Shown one piece after another: positions 12,822-25,921 of a stretch of 64,000 nucleotides of DNA. The position numbers and the translations under genes were made by a program. The notes under the pieces were generated by a model. The model did not search any database. It saw only the letters and a list, made by a program, of their open reading frames with translations, and was not told the DNA's origin. How positions within the stretch are numbered: the stretch's first letter is position 1; every line of letters starts with the position of its first letter. The DNA is from Flaccisagitta enflata. Lineage: Eukaryota. Location: NCBI GenBank assembly GCA_965153355.1, contig OZ231126.1, positions 34,844,001 to 34,908,000 on the forward strand, written 5' to 3'.

Positions 12822-15599
12822 CAGACGTTCTGTTATGCCCCCATATTCATAGGGGAAGGCTGGCTCGCGATTAAATTGGTACTTTATTGTATCAAAAAGC
12901 AATTTCAGGTCTTGTTAAGGATTTTCTACCTTCCCTGGAGTAACGGTTTTGGTTTTCCTATCATGTGTAATAGGTGGTTGTTGGGAAAATGTCCAATTTT
13001 GGTCACTTTGGCCTCAAATTTAGGCCACTTTGCCTTTAAAATCGAACCTAAAATCCATGAGATTATTAAACTAGAGCTCAAGAGCTAACCAGTGGTGCAA
13101 TCTGCATGTTTTTATCTTTATCCGTTTAGATTTGAGAGAGTTTTAAAGATGGGGCTTGAGAGGTTTTTTTTGCAGCATGAAATCTGGGGTTAATTTGGAC
13201 ATTTTTCACGTTTTTCACTATATCGAAGCTTTGGATGGACCAATCTTTAAAAGATTGGTGACCAAATTGAAGAGTTTTTGATGATGCTTCATGTCCTGGT
13301 TCTGGGAAAAAATTTTGATCGATATGGCCTCAAAAAATTTTTATTTACTCTCAAAGCAGGTGAAAAAAGCCAAATTTTCATGTCATTTAGGTTGTTTTTC
13401 ATTGAAAATTTAAGCCACTCACAAACTGAAAATTGACTTAAAATCCATGAGCAAATCAAACTACAGCTCAAGAGCTAATCAGTGGAGCAATCAGACATGT
13501 CTATTTGTTTTTGAATTTGGATTTTACAAAATTAAAGATATAAGGTATGGTGGAATGATGATTATTTTAGTCACTTTAGCTCTAAGTTTAAGCACGGTTT
13601 TGAAATCATGTAAATCCATGAGATTATTAAACTAGAGCTCAAAGGCTAACTAGTGGTACAATCCGCGTGTTTCCATCTTTTTTTGTAAAGATTTGAGAGG
13701 GTTTTAAAGATTGGGCTCATGAGAGCTTTTTTGCAACACAAAATGTGGGGAAAATTGGACATTTCTCACGTTTTTCACTATATCTCAACTTTGCATCAAC
13801 CGATTTTTAAAAAAATTGGAAGATTTTTTGATGCTCTAGCTTATCCTTGAAAAAGTTTTGATCAATTTGGCCTCCAAAAAATTTTATTGACTCTCAAAGC
13901 AGGTGTAAAAAGTCGAATTCTACTGTTATATAGAAAATTTTGGTTTTACCGATGCTGGGTACACAGCCATTAGGCAGTTGCTTGCGGGTAGGCAGGGTCA
14001 GAATGAAGATGGCTGGATACAAGGCACAGTTGGGCAGGGGCAGTAACACAGGAACTGTTCAAAAATTTTGCAAACCTACTGACGGACCGACGGACCAACA
14101 TGGCAAGGTGTAGAGTTGCACATCCGCGAATAAAAACCGCCTGAATGGCATTAGGTAAAACTTCAAACAAAGGCATAATTTCATGCATCAATCCATCTTT
14201 TTTTCTGATATATCTCTGAATAGCATTTTTTTCTTATTTCAAAGAAATAAGGAAATATTATTGATATTTTTGTAAAAAGAATCATTGAATCAATTAAGTA
14301 AGTTTTTTTTTCAATTTACACAATTTAATCTTATGTCTTCAGAATATGTTTAAATATGTTTTAAAAAAAATAGTAAAATTCACTATTTAGATTCTACAAT
14401 CAATTATGTAAAGGAAAATTATATGAAATTGTTCATCTTCACTGAAGATCAATTTTTGTCTTTGTAAGCACTTTGACATGAAACTCGACTTTTCACACCT
14501 GCTTTGAGAGTCAATAAAATTTTTTGGAGGCCAAATTGATCAAAATTTTTTCAAGGATAAGCTAGAGCATCAAAAAATCTTCCATTTGGTCACCAATTTT
14601 TTAAAAATCGGTTGATGCAAAGTTGAGATATAGTGAAAAACGTGAGAAATGTCCAATTTTCCCCACATTTATTTGTGTTGCAAAAAAGCTCTCATGAGCC
14701 CCATCTTTAAAAACCTCTCAAATCTTTTTACAAAAAGATGGAAACATGCGGATTGCATGACTAGTTAGCTCTTGAGCTCTAGTTTGACAATCTCATGGAT
14801 TTTACCTTCGATTTCAAAGGCAAAATGGCCAAACTTAGAGCTAAAAGTGACTAAAATAATGAAAAATCATCATTTCACCATACCCTTGTATCTTTGTGAA
14901 GTTTTGTAAAATCCAAATTCAGAAGCAAATAGACATGCTGATTGCACCACTGATTAGCTCTTGAGCTGTAGTTTGATTTGCTCATGAATTTCAAGTCAAT
15001 TTTCAGTTTGTAAGTGGCCTAATTTTTCAATGAAAAACAACCTAAATGACATGAAAATTTGACTTTTTTCACCTGCTTTGAGAGTAAATAAATTTTTTTT
15101 GAGGCCATATTGATCAAAATTTTTTCCAGAACCAGTTAGAGCATCAAAAACTCTTCAATTTGGTCACCAATTTTTACGATTTGTCTATCCAAAGCTGCGA
15201 TATAGTGAAAACTGAAAATGTCAAAATTGCCACTGAGATTGAAGCTGCAATATTCCCCTCAAGCCCTTTCATCTTTAAAATGCTCTCAAATCCCAACGAA
15301 TAAAGATAAAAACATGCGGATTGCACCACTGGTTAGCTCTTGAGCTCTAGTTTAATAATCTCATGGATTTTAGGTTTGATTTTAAAGGCGAAGTGGCCTA
15401 AATTTGAGGCCAAAGTGACCAAAATTGGACATTTTCCCAACTACCACCTATTACACATGATAGTAAAACCAAAACCGTTACTCCAGGGAAGGTAGAAAAT
15501 CCTTAACAAGACCTAAAATTACTTTTTGATACAATAAAGTACCAATTTAATCGCGAGCCGGCCTTCCCCTATGAATATGGGGGCATAACAGAACGTCTG
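12822..15599. mobile_element. Foldback element with ~1.1-kb inverted arms and 8-bp TSD (hAT or P/Galileo-like)
   Basis: CAGACGTTCTGTTATGCCCCC at both ends, TSD TTGATTAT; arms 12822-~13920 and ~14485-15599 with internal repeats. Confidence 0.85.
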
Positions 15600-16163
15600 T
15601 TGATTATTGTCCAAAGGGGGTTGATGCAAGGTCCAAAGTGGCATGGGCAACTCAAAAAAAAGTTATGTGAGGCCTCGGGGCTAGGAGGACTTATACTTAT
15701 GGATCTAGCAGCTGTCGTTATACCAAAGTTATCCTATTCGCACAAGTAATCTTCTTCAGAATGACTTTGAAATGTTTTTTTTCCTTCAAATGATAGAAAG
15801 TTTTCCTTTGCACACGTATAACTATAGTGACTGATGAGACAAGGTTGCAGGTTATTAACCTTGTGAAAGAAAGCATGAATTCGCTCTCTTTACTCTGTTT
15901 TGCAATGTTTTACTGTTTATGGCATTATGTAAATTAGCACAAACTGCCAAAATAATGTTTGTAGGGTCCAAGTATGTTGCCAAAATTTAAACGCTTGGAA
16001 AATGATCTGACAACAAAATTTTCAATTTTTTTATACAAAATTCTTTACCAACTGGACCGGTTGAAGAACTGTATTGGCTTCATGAAGTATCGCTAGAAAC
16101 CGTTTCTTTCTTCCATATGCATTGCAACGGCCACACATTCAGGAGATGTTTTCTTTTCTCCAG

Positions 16164-16251
16164 GGTTATCTATTTGGGTTGTTGGGCGTGAATGGAGCAG
16201 GAAAATCAACTACTTTCAAAATGCTTAATGGAGACATCACCATGACTAAAG
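16164..16251 (+). CDS. ABCA transporter exon 2 (Walker A)
   Basis: Acceptor ttcttttctccag, donor AAG|gtaggc, phase 0-1. [29 protein letters not shown](G), the typical [16 protein letters not shown] motif. Confidence 0.95.
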
Positions 16252-16763
16252 GTAGGCAAAGAAGTGTGTTCAACTTTTTGACGGTTCACAATCAAGATTT
16301 TTGGCTCATACGCCAAGAAGCATGACATCAGCTAGTATTTCAAATTTCAGGACAATCGCATCAATAGTTTAGAAGTTAGAGCCTTTTTCATACTTAAAAA
16401 GTAAAAGAAAAAAACGACGTTCTTTTTTTCCGTTCTTTCTTTGAACTCGCCCTCAATCAATTTTTTAAAATTTTTTGAAAAAAGTAAGGTTATAGGATTT
16501 TGGATATAGGCGAATTAAACAATTTCTTATCGATTGCACCTCACTTTTAAAAACCATTTTTCAGAAAAATATTTTGTGATTTTTTTTTCTAAGTAACTGA
16601 TGTGCGACACAAAATTTTCAAAGTTTTTTGAAAAAAAAAATGAAAATATAAGATTTTGGATCTCGGCAAATCAAACAATTCCCTATTGATTGCACCCCAC
16701 TTGTAAAAAACATTTTTCAAAAAAATATTTTAGGATTTTTTTTTTTTGAAGTCCCTGACGCGC

Positions 16764-19700
16764 CACAGGGTCTTTGAAGCTGGTATAACTTTTTAAAAAT
16801 GTTTAAACCTGGAGACTATGTTTTTTTTCACTATGTATATATTTCTGAGCAAATTCTGACCAAAAACGAAAAAATCGGTTGGGAAATTTTTGAAATATTT
16901 ATATTTTATACCTCCACAATGTACAATTTATTGAATTTTTCTATTTTTTTGAACAATCAACCTTGTTTTGCCCGTAACTTTTGAACGAATTGAGCTAGAA
17001 ATGCCAGATTGGTCCCATTTAAGAGATCTTTTCCAGATCTTTCCAACCGTCACCGATTTTTTGTAAATCCGCTCAAAAACAACTGAATTACAACCTGTCA
17101 AACATGACCAATTTTATGGGGATTTTGGACGTTTTTCCAGGCTATTGAAGTTTCCCATTTTTCAAGAGTTTCACTTGTTTTGCTTGGAACTTTTGAACGA
17201 TTAAAGCAAAAAATACCAGAGTGGTTCCTTTTTAAAGGATTTTTAAAGATTTTTGTCTCTGTCATCAATTTTTGTGTGAATCTGTTAACAAATGATACAC
17301 CGGGGTGCCGATTCTGTAAAGCTGCTGCGTAGCATGAAAATTCCCACCAAGGCTGCCGCACTTTCTTTACCAATGATATCCCTCTGTTTTCTAGCCCTGT
17401 GAAGCTTATTTGATGATGGTTTTACTTATATACAATCATTAAAACAGGTTTTACATCACATTAATCTGGTTTTTCATAAAATTTACATCCCACTTATGTT
17501 AAAGATGTCTTCTGTTATTCATCTTCTTCTCTCTTTTATCCTTACTTCCCATTTTCGATTTGTTTTCCCCACCATCTGCCACAACTGCCGCACTTGGTGG
17601 CTGTCCTGCCGCATAGCATTGCTACCCTGCTACCCTGAATCGGCACCCCGGATGATACGAGTTTTAACTTGTCAAATATGAGCAATATCCCACCGCCACC
17701 ACCTTTTTTCACAGTCTGATTCTTACTGAAGATGCATCTTTGAATCCTAACATCTGTAAATGAGGCTTTAAACGTCTATTTGTTCATCTGCAGTGGCAGC
17801 GGCAGATGAACAGGAAAAAGTTCTGTAAAACACAGGACTGTGGGACTTTTGTTAGCTTGTCTTTGTCTGTCAATTCATTTGCTCTCTAATCAGGCCACCC
17901 AGGTCTCAAGTCACGCCTCTAAAGACTTAAATCAGGTCTCTCAGGCCTCAAATCTGCCCTTTCAGTCCATAAATCAGACCTTACAAAACTCAAATCCAGC
18001 CTCTCATGCTTCAAACCTGCGCTCTCAGGCCTCAATTCAGCCCTCTCAGGCTGCAAATCTGCCCTCCTTGTCCTCAAAACATGCCTCTTGGGCCATAGAT
18101 AATTGCTCTCAGACCTCAAATCAACCCTCTAATTTGAGGCCTGAGAGGGTTTATTTGAAGCATGAGAGGGCAAATGGGAGTCTTTGACAGACTGATAAAG
18201 GTCTAGGAGGGTAAATTAGAGACCTGGAAGGCCGGACTTGAGGACTTAGAGGGCTGATTTGAGGTTAAAGATGGCTGATTTGAGGTCTAGAAGGGCCACT
18301 TTGAGGTGTGAGAGAGCTGGTTTGAGGCACAAGGGGCTGTTTTGGGCGTCCTAGAAAGGACTGATTTGAGGTTTGATAGGGCTGATCTGAGGCCTGAGAG
18401 GATGGATTTGAGGCCTAAGATGGGTGAATTGAGGTCTGGGACGTCTGAAAAGGCTAATTGGGCAGAGGCCACGAAGGGGACAAAGTCCTGTAGAACACAG
18501 GGGACTTTCTTTCATTCGTTACATCCGTTGACGTCCCTCTAGGCCTCCTGGGCTGAAATTTGCCTCCCTCTTGGGCTAAAATCCTGCCTCAGGCCTTAAA
18601 GCATCTCTCAGGCCACAAGAATCTGCCCTTCCCAGGCCTGAAATCTGCCTCCTCAGATTCAAAGCCTGAGAGGGCAGATTTCAGGCCTGAGAGGGCAGAT
18701 TTCAGGCCTGAGAGGGCCTGGGGGGTCGGACGAACAAAAATCCCCAGTGTCCCTACTGCCCTGCCTCTCATTCTAATTTACAACCATGCAACGGGTACAG
18801 CTGACCACATACTGCCCGTGGGCGACCTGTTTGGGGTATGAGACGGCTGATTTGTGGCATGACAGGGCTGCTCAGGGGCCTGAGAGAGTTGATTTGAGGT
18901 CAGAAAGGGCAGATCTAAAACCTTAGGTGGCTGATTTGAAGTCTGAGGAGGCTGACTTGAGGCCTGAGGGAGCTGACTTGAGGGCGGGGGGGGACAGAAT
19001 AGTCGCAAAAGAGTCAAATGGTCAGCGGTACCTGTTGCCCCAATGTGAGTATATGCGGATGTGTGATGCTGAGAGGGGCAGCAGCCCTGAAGGAGCCAAT
19101 GACCTATGCTTAATAAGCTTTGAGGCACTAGGCCTGAATTTGAGCAACATTAATGGAATTTGAGCCTTGAAGCTGTGATTTGAGCCTCAAAGCTGTGATT
19201 TGAGCCTCAAAGCTGTGATATGAGCCTCAAAGCATTGATTAGAGCCTTAAACCTGTGATTTAAGCCTTGTGGCTGGGATGTGAGCCTGGAAGCTGGGATG
19301 TGAGCTTTGAAGCTGGGATGTGAGTCTTGATGCTGGGATGTGAGTCTTGATGCTGGGATGTGAGTCTTGAGGCTGGGATTTGAGTCTTGAGGCTGGGATT
19401 TGAGTCTTGAGGCTGGGATTTGAACCTGAAGGATGGGATTTGAGCTTCAAAGATAGGCTTTGATCCTCGAGAATGGGAGTTCAGCCCCAAGGCTAGGATT
19501 TGGGCCTCAAGACTGGGATTTGGGCCTCAAGACTGGGATTTGAACCTCAATACTGGGATTTGAGCCTTGAGGCTGGAATTTGAGCCTTGAGGCTGGATTT
19601 TGGGCTTTGAAGCCAGGGGGGGGACGGAGAAGGAGGAGAAGAAGAAGAAAATCCCATCCCATATGTGTGAAAGCATAGGTCATCAGCCCCTTCAGGGCCG

Positions 19701-20844
19701 CTGCTCAAAAGTGCCCTCTGTGGAATCATAGGTCAATCAGTCAGCCAAGGGCAATATGTGGTCAGCGATACCTCTTGCCCTGCTTTGCATGATTGTGAAT
19801 TGGAGTGAGAGGAAGCAGGGCAGCGCTCCAAAGGGGACAAAGTCCTGTAGAACACAGGGGGACTCTCGTTCATCCATCCGTTTGTCCTGAGGGCTGATAT
19901 TAGGGCCAAGAGAACTGTTAATAGGTCTGGAAAGGCTGATTTCTGGCCTAAGAGAGTATATTTAAGGTCTGAATGGGCAGATTTCAGGCCTGAGATACCT
20001 GATTAAAGTCTTTAGAGGCATGATTTGAGACCTGGGGGGCCTGAGATGCCTGCTAGGGGGGACAAAAGAATGAACAAATAAATTGACAGACAAAGACAAG
20101 CTAACAAAAGTCCCATTGTCCTTCGTTTTACGGGACTTTGTCCCCTTTGAGGCCGCTGCCACTGCAGATGAACAAATAGACATGTAAAGCCTCCTATAGA
20201 GATGGTAGGATCCAAGGATGCATCTATAGTTACCAATAGGATCAGAATGTGAAAAAAGGTGGGGGTGGTGGTAGTGGTGGGATACTGCTCATATTTGACT
20301 TCAATGACTTGTCAAAACTCATCTCATTTGTTGATAGATTCCCACAAAAATTGACGACATGACAAAAATCTTTAAAAATCCTTTAAAAAGGGACCAATCT
20401 GGTATTTTTAGCTTTATTCGTTCAGAAGTTCTAAGCAAAACAAGTGAAAAGGGGAAACTTCACTAGGCTAATAAAACATCCATAGTCCCCATGAAATTAA
20501 TCATGTTTGACAGGTTATAACTCAATTATTTTTGAGCGGATTTACAAAAAATTGGTGACCGTTATAAAGATCTGGAAAAGATCTCTTAAATGGGACCAAT
20601 CTGGCATTTCTAGCTCAATTCGTTCAAAAGATACGGGCAAAACAAAGTAGATTGTCCAAAAAATGGAAAAATTCAATGACATGTATCTTTGGGAGGTATA
20701 AAATGTGAGTATTTCAAAAATTTCCCAACCGATTCATTTGTTTTTGGTCAGAATTTGCTCAGAAATACATATTTAATAAAAAAAAAAACAGTCCCCAGGC
20801 TTAAACATTTTTAAAAAGTTATACCAACTTCAGAAGACCCTGTG
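16764..20844. mobile_element. Foldback TIR element with CAC...GTG ends and 4-bp TSD (Chapaev-like)
   Basis: CACAGGGTCT...AGACCCTGTG, inverted arms several hundred bp long, TSD GCGC splitting a tandem unit of the host hAT-like element. Confidence 0.75.
17300..17651. mobile_element. hAT-like MITE nested in the 16764-20844 element
   Basis: TIR CCGGGGTGCCGATTC; 8-bp flanks ATGATACA/ATGATACG. Confidence 0.7.
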
Positions 20845-21905
20845 GCGCGACACAAAAATTTTCAAAGTTTTTTGTAAAAAAGTGAAAATACAAGATTTTG
20901 GAACTAGGCAAATCAAACAATTTCCTATTGATTGCACCCCACTTTTGAAAACCATTTTTAAAAAAAATATTTTGTAATTTTTTTTTCAAAGTCCCTGACG
21001 TGCGACACAAAAATTTTTAAGTTTTTTGTAAAAAAGTGAAAATACAAGATTTTGGATCTAGGCAAATCAAACAATTTCCTATTAATTGCACCCCACTTTT
21101 TTTTTCAAAAAAAAAAATTTCAATAAGGGCTTTTTTAGGGGCCCTTAGGGGCCCCTAAAAAGAAAATGATGTTTAGTTAAAGCCGATGGCGAGAGAAATC
21201 GAATCTCCGTCAAACAAAACCAAGAACACCTAGATCAGTGGTGATTTGCGCCTTCAATGACTCTCAACACTTCAGGGGGCGAGTTTTTTTCAAAACGAGA
21301 TGCGCATTCAGCCTTAGAAATTTTTAGTTGTTGCTTGTTCCCTACTAAAGGTAGTAAGGGAAAGCTTAAACAAGGCCGGATACACGGCTACCCTAGTCGC
21401 GTGCGGGTGGGCAGGGGCAATGATGAAATTGACCAACCAAGCAGTTGGGCAGGAGCAGTAACCCCAAAACCGCCCGTAAACGCCAAAAAAAGCTAAGCGT
21501 GACCGACCGACCGACGGACCGACGGACAGAGCGGGTTGTAGAGTCGCGTGCACGCGACTAAAAATTTTTTTGGAATAAATCATATAGTTGAAATTCTATA
21601 GTCATACACATATGGTTATATAGATGAAATTATATAGTTGAAAAAGACTTTATTTAGCGTTTCTAAAAGTTTAAATTCAATGAAATATTAGCAGGCCTGT
21701 ATATAGTGGCATATTCCCCCTCCCCCCGCAGGGAGGAGAAAGAAATCAAAGGATTTGGAAATGGGGAAGAAAATCACAGGGTAGAAAAAACAAAAACAGA
21801 AAAATATAGAAGATGTTACACTTTTGACAGTGCTATAATGTAATATTTAGTCACCACTATCGGTGAACGGATACCCGATTTTATCTTTCCGTCGGTTTGT
21901 TAATA

Positions 21906-22513
21906 ACAGGGTGTGCAAAATTATCCGCACAAGGCAGTTTTATTTTCAAAAACCCTGTAGAAAAAAATGATTTTTGTATGCCTAAAAGATAGATATGAAA
22001 ATTTATCTCTTTTAGCATTCAAAACCAAAATTCACAGAGAACAACAAAGTCAGAAACAAAACTTTTCAGGTAAATTTGATTCACTTAAAACACTCCTTTA
22101 AAAGAATCATAAAAAAACAACCAGAAATCTATTGTTAGTTTTTCTTGCTCTGTAGGCTTAGTTTATTTGCATTTCTGAGCTCCATTGATGTTGATTTAAC
22201 TTACCTCCCTCAGCATAGTGTGTGTCAAGCTAAAAGTGTCACTATGGAGTGGTTACAAATACAAAAATCTATGATTTTGTGACATATTTTGCGTATAAAA
22301 TAAAATCCAGTCAAAATCAAAATTTTTGCTTCAAATCATTTAACTCCCATAGTGACAAGGAATTTAGAAAAGACCTACAATCAATTCTTGCTTCTAGTAT
22401 GATTAACTGAGGTACTCAGGCTCAAATTTCATAGTCCTGGGTCACTTCTAAGTATGGTTTTCTTTCTATGGTACCAATAGAGGCGGCTAATTGCCGTAGG
22501 AAAAAAGTTGTAA

Positions 22514-22581
<68 letters not shown>

Positions 22582-23367
22582 GGACAGACAGACAGATAGA
22601 CAGACAGAAGGTGAGAAAGAGACAGAGAGAGAAACAGAGAAAACCATGTAACACGGGGTTTTCATTGGGGACAGGTGGACAGGGGCATCCAACCCCCATT
22701 CACACCCCAACCCCCACACACAAGCATCAAGACCACATTTTTTTCCACTCGGACGGACAGACGGACCAACAGACTGATGGATGGACTGACAGACAGACAG
22801 ACAGACAGAGGGGGAGAAAGAGACAGAGAGAGATTAAGAGAAAAACATGTAACACGGGGTTTTTGTTGGGGACAGGTGGACAGGAGCATCCAACCCCCAT
22901 TCACACCTCAACCCCCACACACAAGCATCAGACCACATTTTTACCACTTGGACGGACAGACGGACCAACAGACTGATGGATGGACGGACAGACAAAGCCT
23001 CTCATAGAGTCCCAGTTGATGAGAAAGGACTGTGCTGCTAGGATGCACAATTATCACCTGGGACATTTCAAAGTTTAAATAGACTCAGATCTCATTTTTA
23101 GGAGAAAAGCGAAAAATAAAAAAGATTCAAAAATCATAGCTCCAAAACTATTGATCGCCGGTTTCTGCTTAGCGTCATCTGAAGAAAGAGGAGGAGTAGC
23201 TCTTTCATAGCTATTAATTTCATGCGTAGTCTCCACTCTGCCCCCAAAATGCAGCTTTCTCAAAGCGCTTCATGAGAAAAAAACTCTGCAGGACTCAAAA
23301 AGACCGAAGGAAACTTCGTTCCTTCGACTTTTTTCCAAACAAGTGCGGATAATTTTGCACACCCTGT
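21906..23367. mobile_element. TA-flanked TIR element (Tc1/mariner-like)
   Basis: TIR ACAGGGTGTGCAAAATTATCCGCAC; contains a (GA)n tract and a ~200-bp duplication; related end at ~41516. Confidence 0.7.
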
Positions 23368-23540
23368 TAGCTGTCACTCGGCTTATCCGTGACTACTAAT
23401 TGATGCAATTACAATCAATTATGGCTAATGACCCATCTCCTCTTCCTTTTCCTCCTCTTCCTCCTCCTAGCAGAAAGTCGCCACTAAACCTTTCTCTAAG
23501 TCTATCTATTTATCATCCTGTCTGTCAATCTGTCTGTCTG

Positions 23541-23625
<85 letters not shown>

Positions 23626-24192
23626 ATCTCTATCTCTCTTTCTCTCTTGTTTTCTCTTTTAAGTTGCGGACACGCAACTCTATAAGAGGCTTTAACCATC
23701 CGTTGGTCTATCCATTGGTTTGTCGGTCTGTCTGTGAACACATGTCAAATAGTCGCAAAAGCGTTAGATGGTTAGCGGTACCCGTGACCTGCCCTAGTAG
23801 GTTGTGCTTGAAGTTGAAGGGGAAGCAGGGCAGCGGCCCTGAAGGGGTCAATGATCTATCTTTGACACATATGTGGAATTTTATCCTTCTCCTCCTCCTC
23901 CAAAAACGCCTCCCAGCTTTGGGCCAAATTCTAGTCCGAGACCCAAATCCCAGGCCCTGGCCAAATCTATCCGAAAGGCCCAAATCAACCTCAAGGCCTA
24001 AATTCTACAACTGGGGCCAAAATCTGTGTGTGAGGCCCAAGTCTCATCATTAGCTCAAACCCTGACAAATAGGCTCAGGGTTATATCCACCTCCAGACTG
24101 TCTCGGGACCAGAATTTGGGCCACTCAAAGCTGAAGAGGCAGGTGCAGTTGTAGGAGGAGGAGGAGGAGAGGAAGGAGAAGAAAATTTTCTG

Positions 24193-25884
24193 CAGTGAGA
24201 ATCAAGAACTGGGTAACTGGAGAAATATCTGTGGCTGTTAAGATTCATGATCATTTTGCACATTTTATGGTGTACTATGTTGTTAAGGTTTTAGACCATT
24301 GCTAAATTCATTTTTTTTGATAAAAATTTTTTCAGTTTTGCTGATTTTGACCACAGAAATTACACTAAAAATAAATTCTTTCATGTGTATATTAGTTAGA
24401 TAGTTTAACATAAATTTCATTTTCATTGGGATTACAGCAATTTTGTAACTGTAACCTCAAAACTCAAAAAACACAAAAAGTGGAATATTTCCTAAGGTTT
24501 TCAATAATATAACCTGATTTTTTGGTGTGGTAGTAGTTTTAGAATTCACTAATAAGTGTGCAAAATTTTAGCTCTTAAAATAAATTTTTGATACAGTTAT
24601 GAAGGACAATTTTCCCTTCAAATTTTTTTTTTCAAATGAAAAATCCTGCCAATTGTTATTTTTTGATAAAATTGATAACAAATTAAAAGTTTGTAAAAAA
24701 GATTTTGAACTAGCACTCTTGGAAAAAAAAATTTTCTCAAAAATTGCGAAAATGACCAATTTTTTGAGGTAGAATAAAAATTGTTCCTGTCATCCGATCA
24801 TCTTCATTTTTAGTGGAGTTGTTACCTGTTATCTACTTTTACTTCACCTAAAATTTGAGCTTACTGCGGTTGTGGAAATATTGACGTTCAAAGTTACTTT
24901 GTCAGAGCAAAATCAGCAAATTGGCATTTTAGCTATTTTGAGCTTTATAAAGTATGTTTTAACACACACCTCCATTTTAGCTGAAGTTACTCATTTTTAT
25001 GGTTAAAAATTTCACACTTGTCAGATCAAACATTTATAGTTATGGTGATCCAAAGTTTCAAATGCAAAATTTCCAATCAAATCTTAGTTGGAAAAATCAG
25101 CAAAAAATTTTCAAAAAAAGGTCTCCAAAGGGGGGGTCCAAAAAATTAGAAACTTTTCTATTTTCCCAACTCAAAAACCCTGATGAAAACTTTTTCATTT
25201 TTAAGTACCCCAGTAAAATCAGGCCCAGCTAGAGCAGTTTCAAGGGACTGGACTTCTTTATACATTGGAAACAGACTTCCGTTAGAGCCAATATTCTTGT
25301 CACATAACAGAACATATATACACATACACACACACATACACACACACACACACACACGCACACACAGATAGACAGACACATATAGACAGACAGACCGACA
25401 GAGACAGATGGACAGACAGGCAGATAGACAGGCAAAGACAAATGACAGACAGAAATACCGATAGAAACTGATATACAAGCAGTCCCTTAGAGATAAAACG
25501 GTCAGAAAAAAAGATTGTATGGTACACAGACACTTGAAATAGATACACCAGCCATTCATGTATCGATTACTCCCGAAACAAAATGGAAATGAACAAACGA
25601 TAGATAACAAGCAATGATTAAGGAAAAAGGGATATGAATTATGAGACAAATTTTGACTGAGATGACCCACTGTAAAGAAAGCTGCGATGCGAGAAGGTGA
25701 AATGAAAAAAAGGGAAACACCTGCTTAGCTTTTCATGGATTTTGAGTCGATTCAACCATCCTTTTGAACTAGTGAATTCAGAGATCACAATTTTCTAAGC
25801 GCATTAATATGGTTGCACTATTGATAAAGCATATGCACTTGTCGTCATCATCTCTCTTTCTTTTTCTCTCTCTTTCTTTCTCTC

Positions 25885-25921
<37 letters not shown>

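Larger units (their letters stand above)
16253..21344 (+). mobile_element. hAT-like non-autonomous element (TAGG...CCTA) inserted in the exon 2 splice donor, interrupted by nested elements
   Basis: Both ends match the uninterrupted inverted copy at 57602-58537; flanked by duplicated CTAAAGG (16246-16252, 21345-21351); internal ~130-bp tandem units. Confidence 0.85.

Noticed and set aside
21351-21496. Coding continuation of exon 2 after the transposon (GSKGKLKQ...)
   Set aside because: Not ABCA-like, runs into a family-1 repeat; exon 2 joins cleanly to 32509.
23400-24053. 217-aa ORF and similar ORFs at 9406, 25158, 26861, 55487, 60858
   Set aside because: They run through microsatellites and repeat families; low complexity, no domain motifs or splice support.
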